From a virus (lineage: Duplodnaviria; Heunggongvirae; Uroviricota; Caudoviricetes), in IMG/VR virus record IMGVR_UViG_2654587685_000021: DNA of 13,651 nt, one strand, 5' to 3'. A model generated the notes under the pieces. It did no database searches, was not told the origin of the DNA, and saw nothing but the letters and a program-made list of their open reading frames with translations. A program made the position numbers and the translations under genes. Below, piece after piece: positions 8,120 to 13,651 of the stretch (position 1 is the stretch's first letter; each line of letters opens with the position of its first letter).

Positions 8120-9220
8120 ATGACCGATACCACCATGCAATTGCTCAGTCAGAGCACAGACCCCGTGAAAATGCCGGATTTTGATATTCTCGCGGAGGGG
8201 GAAACACTGTCCGGCGTGGCAGAGCGCCTGATGAGCCTGTCACTGACCGACAACCGGGGATTTGAAGCGGACCTGCTCACCATCACGCTGGATGATGCGG
8301 ATGGTCAGTTGCAGCTACCGCCACGGGGCGCGCGCCTGACGGTTCTCATTGGCTGGAAAGGAGAACCGCTGACAGAAAAAGGCACTTACATTGTTGATGA
8401 AATCGCTCACGAAGGACCGCCGGACAGGCTGACTGTTTCAGCCAGAAGCGCAGATTTTCGGGATGAATTTAACGTTAAACGTGAGGTGTCCTGGCATGAT
8501 GTGACCGTTGAGCGCGTGGTATCCGCCATCGCTCATCGGTACGGTCTGAAACCACAAATCAGCGAAATGCTGATGGATATTGAAATCGACCACGCCGACC
8601 AGACCGAAGAAAGCGACATGTCCTTCCTTACGCGCATGGCGGAAATGCTGGGCGCAATCACTACGGTAAAAAGCAGTAATCTGTTATTCATCATGCCAGG
8701 CGGTGGCGTGAACGCACAGGGCCAGCCGTTGCCATCGTTCGCCATCACGCGCAGCAGTGGCGATCGCCATCAGTTCCGCATTGCTGACCGCGAAGCGTAT
8801 ACGGGGGTACGTGCTTACTGGCTTGATCTTAATTACGGGAAAAAGAAAAAAGTCAGCGTGAAACGCCGCAAACCGAAAAAGGAGAAAAGCAGCAGCCGTG
8901 AAGGTGACTATATGGAAGGTGCGGAAGGCAACGTGTTTGTGTTACGCAAGACTTATCAGAACGAGCAGGCAGCAAGACGTGCAGCGGCGGCAAAGTGGCA
9001 GCAGCTACAACGCGGAGCCGCATCATTCTCCATCACGCTGGCGCGTGGACGCGCAGAACTCTATCCCGAAATGCATGGCACGGTGACAGGCTTCAAAAGT
9101 GACATCGATAATCAGGACTGGATTATTGCAAAAGCCGAGCACACCATTGATAACAGCGGCTTTACCACACAGCTTGAGCTTGAAGCAAAAATCCCGGAAT
9201 GGATAGCAGAAACAGAATGA
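8120..9220 (+). CDS. D: Phage tail protein D (P2 gpD / late control gene D family)
   Basis: The translation from MTDTTMQLL... has the gpD-type blocks (LTITLDDADGQLQLPPRGARLTVLIGWKG, SARSADFR, SFLTRMAE, a KKKKVSVKRRKPKKEK basic stretch, FSITLARGRAELYPE, SGFTTQLELE). GGGAGGG lies 6 nt before the ATG at 8120. The ORF-track start at 7988 is an upstream extension with no support. Confidence 0.85.
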   Translation: MTDTTMQLLSQSTDPVKMPDFDILAEGETLSGVAERLMSLSLTDNRGFEADLLTITLDDADGQLQLPPRGARLTVLIGWKGEPLTEKGTYIVDEIAHEGPPDRLTVSARSADFRDEFNVKREVSWHDVTVERVVSAIAHRYGLKPQISEMLMDIEIDHADQTEESDMSFLTRMAEMLGAITTVKSSNLLFIMPGGGVNAQGQPLPSFAITRSSGDRHQFRIADREAYTGVRAYWLDLNYGKKKKVSVKRRKPKKEKSSSREGDYMEGAEGNVFVLRKTYQNEQAARRAAAAKWQQLQRGAASFSITLARGRAELYPEMHGTVTGFKSDIDNQDWIIAKAEHTIDNSGFTTQLELEAKIPEWIAETE

Positions 9221-9619
9221 GCAAATTAGATGTATTGACTCAAACCAGAACTGACACACTCACAGCACAGTGCCAGACCCAATCTGGCAGCCCGCTTTGT
9301 GCCTAGAGCAGGTGTTGCTTATGTAACAGTTAATCCACGGATAGTGGTCATGAATGCTGGTTGAAGTTGTATTGCCATGAGTGGTCAATTAGGGACTCAC
9401 TTATTATCGCGTGCTCACCATTGATGGGTAAGATCATGCATTTCGGCTACTGTACTTCGCGAATCCTCCGCACACAGGCAACACCTGATTTAAGAACAGA
9501 GGGAGATGATGACGCAAGGAAGATTTATTATCGTGCATGTGGCAGATGATCTTTTAGCTGCCGGAGTGATAAATTACACCTATTTTCGATAAGTGTTTTT
9601 GTTATAGAACATTAATTTC

Positions 9620-10759
9620 GTGGGAAACAATAAAGTGAAATTAGGAAGAAATGATAAGTGCTGGTGTAATTCAGGACTTAAGTATAAAAAGTGCCATCTT
9701 GGTCGAGATCGTGAAACTCCGGTATCCAAAGCCGAGGCACTGAAATTTTCAAAGTCTCTCTCGCAGAGAAAGGCATGTTATGCGCCAGCATCCATGCACG
9801 AAGATTGTGATAAACGCATCGTTCAGGCGCATACGATATCTAAGAGCAGTAGCCTTAAGGCGATCGCCGACTCCAGCAATCACGTCATGGGGGTGATAAT
9901 GAACTTAGCAAGCCTGATGAGAAACAACGGAAAATGGCTTCCCGAGAAGATCGGTATCAATCAGGCATCCACTTTTACAGGATTTTGTGCAGTTCATGAC
10001 AGAATCTTATTTTCATGCCTAGAGAACGAAAAATTTACAGGCACGGACGAGCAGTGCTTTGCCTTAATGTTTCGTTCATTGTCTAAAGAAATTTATGCCA
10101 AAGAAGGGGGAGTGCTATCTTCTGATTTTGCTAAAAATGCCGATAAAGGAAAGCTACAAGTTGAACAGTATTATATTCAGAAATTAATCGACCAGCACCA
10201 AAGTGGCTTAAATGCAGCAATAATTGAATTAAATAATCTTAAAACTAGCCTCGACCGCATCCTACTTAGCAGGCAATTTTCAGAAATTGAAAGTGTTATC
10301 TTCACTTTTGCAGAGCCTTTACCAATTGTAGTTTCGTCAATTCTTTCACCGGAGAGGGATTTCGATGGGACCAAAATTCAGGATTTGAGCGATCTTACAG
10401 TGTCGGCGGAACAAGTATGTTTCAATGCTTTTTCCTGCGGAGGTAAGGGATATGTTGTGTTCAGTTGGCTGAGAACTTCAACAATTATCAGACGTTTTAT
10501 ACGGACACTAATTAAGATCCCAGCTAACAGGATGTTCAATACCCTTCTGTATTTTTTCTTCACAAAGGCCGAAAATACATATTCATCCCCTGAGTGGTGG
10601 GACAGGCTCAGTGATAAACAGCGAGAGAATATCGGCAACATGATTATGTCAGGGGTTGAATTTTTTGGCATACCTACATCACAGGTTGATCATTCCGTTG
10701 ATTATAACGCCGCTGCACTTGAAGAGATAACATGCAGCAACAACGAAATTTGCAGCTGA
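9620..10759 (+). CDS. Hypothetical 379-aa protein with an N-terminal SEC-C-type zinc-binding motif; AT-rich cargo gene between D and ogr (candidate anti-phage or accessory function)
   Basis: Residues 14-26, CWCNSGLKYKKCH, fit the SecA C-terminal SEC-C consensus (CxCxSGxKYKxC[H/C]). The rest has no domain I can name. The start is GTG at 9620; the frame opens at 9608 after TAG, and the first in-frame ATG would delete the motif. No clear Shine-Dalgarno. AT-rich relative to the tail genes. Confidence 0.7.
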   Translation: MGNNKVKLGRNDKCWCNSGLKYKKCHLGRDRETPVSKAEALKFSKSLSQRKACYAPASMHEDCDKRIVQAHTISKSSSLKAIADSSNHVMGVIMNLASLMRNNGKWLPEKIGINQASTFTGFCAVHDRILFSCLENEKFTGTDEQCFALMFRSLSKEIYAKEGGVLSSDFAKNADKGKLQVEQYYIQKLIDQHQSGLNAAIIELNNLKTSLDRILLSRQFSEIESVIFTFAEPLPIVVSSILSPERDFDGTKIQDLSDLTVSAEQVCFNAFSCGGKGYVVFSWLRTSTIIRRFIRTLIKIPANRMFNTLLYFFFTKAENTYSSPEWWDRLSDKQRENIGNMIMSGVEFFGIPTSQVDHSVDYNAAALEEITCSNNEICS

Positions 10760-11048
10760 ATGTTTACATGCTGTTAGAAAAAGCGGGCTGAACAATCATT
10801 TCGGGATTGTAACAGATAAGATGGCACTGCCCGCTTGCTTCCCGATATGCACCTCAGCCAATAAACTTATGTAAGCAACCGATTTCCATTTATGCGGAGG
10901 TTATCAAAGTTGTTGGAGTTGCGAACTTCCGCTCTTCGCACAAAGCGTACCGCTAGGTTTGATTGTATTCTGGCTGCGCAAACTGTCAGTTGGAGTCTGA
11001 GCTATTACAACTTAGAATAGCGGCAGCACCACGTTAAGGGAGGTCGCT

Positions 11049-11309
11049 ATGTTCCGTTGTCCGCTTTGTGGCGCATCTGCCCGAATCCGCACCAGTCGTC
11101 CGGAAAACGATTCAAACACTGTGCGGCAAAAGTATTACCAGTGTAACAACCTGGAATGCGGCGTATGCTTCTCAACACTGGAAGCTTTCCATAAATTCAC
11201 ATCAAAACACGCCTCCGGCGTTCACTCTTCGGAAGGTATCCCGTGGCATGAGCTGCCAGCTTCACACAGGGGAAACAATCAGATGAGTTTGCCTTTACCT
11301 CAGAATTAA
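11049..11309 (+). CDS. ogr: Ogr/Delta-family zinc-finger late transcription activator
   Basis: MFRCPLCGASARIRTSR....YYQCNNLECGVCF has the CxxC-(22)-CxxxxC arrangement and the N-terminal consensus I recall for P2 Ogr (MFHCPLC..A.ARTSR...YHQCQN..C). AGGGAGG lies 5 nt before the ATG. It sits at the prophage end as in P2. Confidence 0.85.
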   Translation: MFRCPLCGASARIRTSRPENDSNTVRQKYYQCNNLECGVCFSTLEAFHKFTSKHASGVHSSEGIPWHELPASHRGNNQMSLPLPQN

Positions 11310-11499
11310 CAGGCAGAATTGCCGGAGTAACAAAAAAACGATAGATTACCCGCGGGTGCCTTTCGGCTGATGGTCGGAGGAATACCCGAAGGCCGGATGT
11401 GGAAAGGCCCCGGAAAACATTTCTGTTTAACCGAGGCCCTAACATATCTACCTTAAGCAAGTGATAGGTTAGCGCCTCTCCAACAAAGGAGCAAGCGCT

Positions 11500-11640
11500 A
11501 TGTCGCAAAAATCGCTTACAGCCATCACGTTCTGCGTGACGGTAATCCTCATCATCTGGATGCTACACGGTTCGCTGTGTGAAATACGGATGAGCTTCTG
11601 GGGAGCGGAGTTTGCGGCGTTCTTACAGTGTAAGCAGTAA
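11500..11640 (+). CDS. Hok/Gef-family type I toxin (46 aa), absent from the ORF track
   Basis: ATG 11500 to TAA 11638-11640 encodes MSQKSLTAITFCVTVILIIWMLHGSLCEIRMSFWGAEFAAFLQCKQ: one N-terminal transmembrane helix followed by the Hok-family SLCE(I/L) motif and AAF(L/M). AAAGGA lies upstream; an in-frame TAG at 11470-11472 closes the frame. Confidence 0.7.
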   Translation: MSQKSLTAITFCVTVILIIWMLHGSLCEIRMSFWGAEFAAFLQCKQ

Positions 11641-11728
11641 GGAAACCGCGACGGGGGAGCAATCCCCCGTCAATCGGTTGCTAAGGTTGGCTGAAGTGGC
11701 ACCCTATCTCACAGACATGAACAACAAA

Positions 11729-11760
11729 CCCGCAGCGTAAGAACTGCGGGTTTTCTTTTT
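11729..11760 (+). terminator. Rho-independent terminator downstream of the hok-like gene
   Basis: CCCGCAG (11729-11735), an 8-nt loop, CTGCGGG (11744-11750), then TTTTCTTTTT. It is preceded by a second GC hairpin, GACGGGGGA-GCAA-TCCCCCGTC, which could be the 3' fold-back element of a hok-type mRNA. Confidence 0.6.
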
Positions 11761-11828
11761 GGAACAATCACTAGCTAGTGTACCGTTAACGGCACATAAT
11801 GCTCGCACAACAAACCTGTTAAAAGAGA

Positions 11829-12110
11829 TTACTCAGCATTCTCCTGCTTCCATTGCCGGATCATTTCATCGGTAACATCACCCTCATAACATACCACGTC
11901 ATACCCTCCATTACGGCTATATGCACTGCGTCCACCACATCTACTACCATTCCTTGCATGATTATAAGGACACGCACAATTGCCTGGATAAGATTCAATG
12001 GATTCTTTAATTATTTCTTTTTTGATCTGAGCATCAGACTTTCCTGTTGCTGCATATCCACTAAAAGATACTAAACAAAGGCAGATTGCCATTAATAAAC
12101 CACATCGCAT
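11829..12110 (-). CDS. Small secreted Cys-rich hypothetical protein (about 93 aa with signal peptide)
   Basis: The ORF is open to 12224, but the signal-peptide-like start MRCGLLMAICLCLVSFSGYAA|TGK begins at the ATG at 12110. The mature part has 6 Cys (..YPGNCACPYNHARNGSRCGGRSAY..VVCYEGD..). AT-rich. No family assignment from memory. Confidence 0.5.
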   Translation of the reverse strand: MRCGLLMAICLCLVSFSGYAATGKSDAQIKKEIIKESIESYPGNCACPYNHARNGSRCGGRSAYSRNGGYDVVCYEGDVTDEMIRQWKQENAE

Positions 12111-12412
12111 ACCGATACACTCTATTACTAACCAATCATAGCCCACATCATAAAATCGAGATGAGGAGTACAATACCTTTAACAAGAAGGTGTCATAACG
12201 ATAATATGTCGTGCAATTCATCAAAAAAAAGATCTATATCAAAGAGATAGAACTCTTATCAGCGCTTCAGACATCGGCATTCGAGGCAGCAGAAAAACAG
12301 TAAATCTGACGAATTTGCCTTTTCCCAAGATGTTGTCAGATTAAAAAGATAGATTAGCGCAGGTACCTGTTGGTGGATTGCAGGAGGAAAAATGAAGTCG
12401 AGTGAAAAAATC

Positions 12413-12474
12413 CCAGAAAAATTTTTGTTTAACAGAGGTCCTGGTTCACTATGCGAAATACGGAGGAGCTGCAG
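12413..12474 (+). pseudogene. hok-locus remnant: degenerate second copy with an internal deletion of about 127 bp
   Basis: 12413-12442 matches 11410-11440 (about 26 of 30) and 12443-12474 matches 11568-11600 inside hok (about 26 of 32), with the intervening hok start and transmembrane coding part missing. A 34-aa ORF at 12392-12496 with an AGGAGG upstream retains the GSLCEIR motif but has no transmembrane helix. Confidence 0.5.
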
Positions 12475-12580
12475 AAGAATTCTGCTTCATCCTTAGAGTT
12501 TAAACAGCACGTGCACTACCATTGTTTCTGCATATCGCCACACCATCGCCACTCTACCGCCATTGCACAAAATACAAATA

Positions 12581-12607
12581 CGAAAAAACCACCCGAAGGT
12601 GGTTTCA
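12581..12607 (-). terminator. Rho-independent terminator of the glyW-cysT-leuZ tRNA operon
   Basis: The minus strand reads AAACCACC-TTCG-GGTGGTTT followed by a T run, about 40 nt downstream of the leuZ 3' end. Confidence 0.7.
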
Positions 12608-12648
12608 CGACACTGCTTATTGCTTTGATTTTATTCTTATCTTTCCCA

Positions 12649-12735
12649 TGGTACCCGGAGCGGGACTTGAACCCGCACAGCGCGAACGCCGAGGGATTTT
12701 AAATCCCTTGTGTCTACCGATTCCACCATCCGGGC
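12649..12735 (-). tRNA. leuZ: tRNA-Leu (anticodon UAA)
   Basis: The reverse complement reads GCCCGGATGGTGGAATCGGTAGACACAAGGGATTTAAAATCCCTCGGCGTTCGCGCTGTGCGGGTTCAAGTCCCGCTCCGGGTACCA: 87 nt, long variable arm, encoded CCA end. Confidence 0.9.
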
Positions 12736-12747
12736 TCGGGAAGAAAG

Positions 12748-12821
12748 TGGAGGCGCGTTCCGGAGTCGAACCGGACTAGACGGATTTGCAATCCGCTACA
12801 TAACCGCTTTGTTAACGCGCC
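12748..12821 (-). tRNA. cysT: tRNA-Cys (anticodon GCA)
   Basis: The reverse complement reads GGCGCGTTAACAAAGCGGTTATGTAGCGGATTGCAAATCCGTCTAGTCCGGTTCGACTCCGGAACGCGCCTCCA: 74 nt, anticodon loop UUGCAAA. Confidence 0.9.
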
Positions 12822-12875
12822 AAATCCTTCAGGCCTTTCAGCCAGACATCCGCTTGAGGCCGATGTCTTTTAAAC

Positions 12876-12951
<76 letters not shown>

Positions 12952-13024
12952 ATTCATCAAGCAATCAGTTAATCACTTGATTTTATTATCGTCTGGCAAT
13001 CAGTGCCGCCGTTCGATGCGTTGC

Positions 13025-13052
13025 ATTCTACTTACCTGGCGCGATGAGTCAA
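13025..13052 (-). promoter_or_regulatory. Probable sigma70 promoter of the glyW-cysT-leuZ operon
   Basis: The minus strand has TTGACT (13052-13047), a 16-nt spacer and TAGAAT (13030-13025), followed by a GC-rich discriminator and preceded by an A/T-rich UP-like tract. It lies about 65 nt upstream of the glyW 5' end. Confidence 0.5.
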
Positions 13053-13102
13053 CGATATTTTTCACCACTTTTGATCGTTTGCTGAAAATTGCGCCGAAAC
13101 GA

Positions 13103-13651
13103 TCACTGATCAAGCAAATCTGCACGCGCAGCGCTCAAATATTGCAACATTGACCACAGAGTCAGTACCGCAGCCACAAAGAAAAGTGCAATACCGGCGT
13201 ACTCAACCCAAATGTTCGGACGCCACAGCAGCCATGCCAACGCCACCATCTGGGCAGTGGTTTTCACTTTCCCAATCCAGGAGACGGCCACGCTACTGCG
13301 TTTACCCAACTCCGCCATCCATTCGCGTAGCGCAGAAATAATAATTTCACGGGCGATCATCGTTGCCGCCGGTAATGTCACCCACCAGCTGTGATAATGC
13401 TCGGTTACCAGCACCATGGCGATAGCCACGAGAACTTTATCTGCCACAGGGTCAAGGAAAGCACCAAACCGGGTACTCTGGTTCCAGCGGCGTGCCAGAA
13501 AACCATCGAACCAGTCAGTCACCGCCGCGACGCAGAAAATGAGCGCGGCGGCAAACGGCGACCAGGTGACAGGCAGATAAAAGACCAATACAAAGAATGG
13601 GATAAGGATGACACGGAACAGTGTAAGCAACGTAGGGATATTAAATTGCAT
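13103..13651 (-). CDS. pgsA: CDP-diacylglycerol--glycerol-3-phosphate 3-phosphatidyltransferase (phosphatidylglycerophosphate synthase)
   Basis: 182-aa integral membrane protein with the CDP-alcohol phosphatidyltransferase motif (DWFDGFLAR...[10 protein letters not shown]), recognised as E. coli PgsA. The ATG is at the last three bases of the window. It lies upstream of the glyW-cysT-leuZ cluster, as in E. coli. Confidence 0.9.

Noticed and set aside
10760-11048. Long-range inverted repeat AAGCGGGC...GCCCGCTT after the SEC-C gene, as a possible terminator
   Set aside because: The loop is about 40 nt with no following T tract, so it is not a convincing intrinsic terminator. The interval probably holds the ogr promoter instead.
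11197-11508. Minus-strand 103-aa ORF overlapping the ogr 3' end and the hok 5' region
   Set aside because: It overlaps two better-supported plus-strand genes and has no ribosome-binding site. Any antisense function here is more likely a Sok-like small RNA than a protein.

Overview
The window spans the right-hand end of a defective P2-like prophage lying next to the chromosomal pgsA / glyW-cysT-leuZ tRNA locus of an E. coli-type genome. All calls rest on reading the supplied ORF translations and the sequence by eye; no searches were run. From the left: a partial IS2 (insC/insD, cut by the window edge) has interrupted a tail-fibre-assembly gene, leaving only its 3' part. Next is an AT-rich hexapeptide acetyltransferase gene, then a minus-strand tail block (U, tape measure T, E and E+E' with a TTTTTTG slip site, tube FII, sheath FI). 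Gene D and ogr lie on the plus strand, so the FI-U block is inverted relative to the P2 order. Between D and ogr sits an AT-rich gene for a 379-aa protein with an N-terminal SEC-C zinc motif and no other recognisable domain. This is the best candidate for an undescribed accessory or anti-phage function. Past ogr are an unlisted 46-aa Hok-family toxin ORF, a small secreted Cys-rich protein, a deleted hok-like remnant, then the three tRNAs and pgsA.
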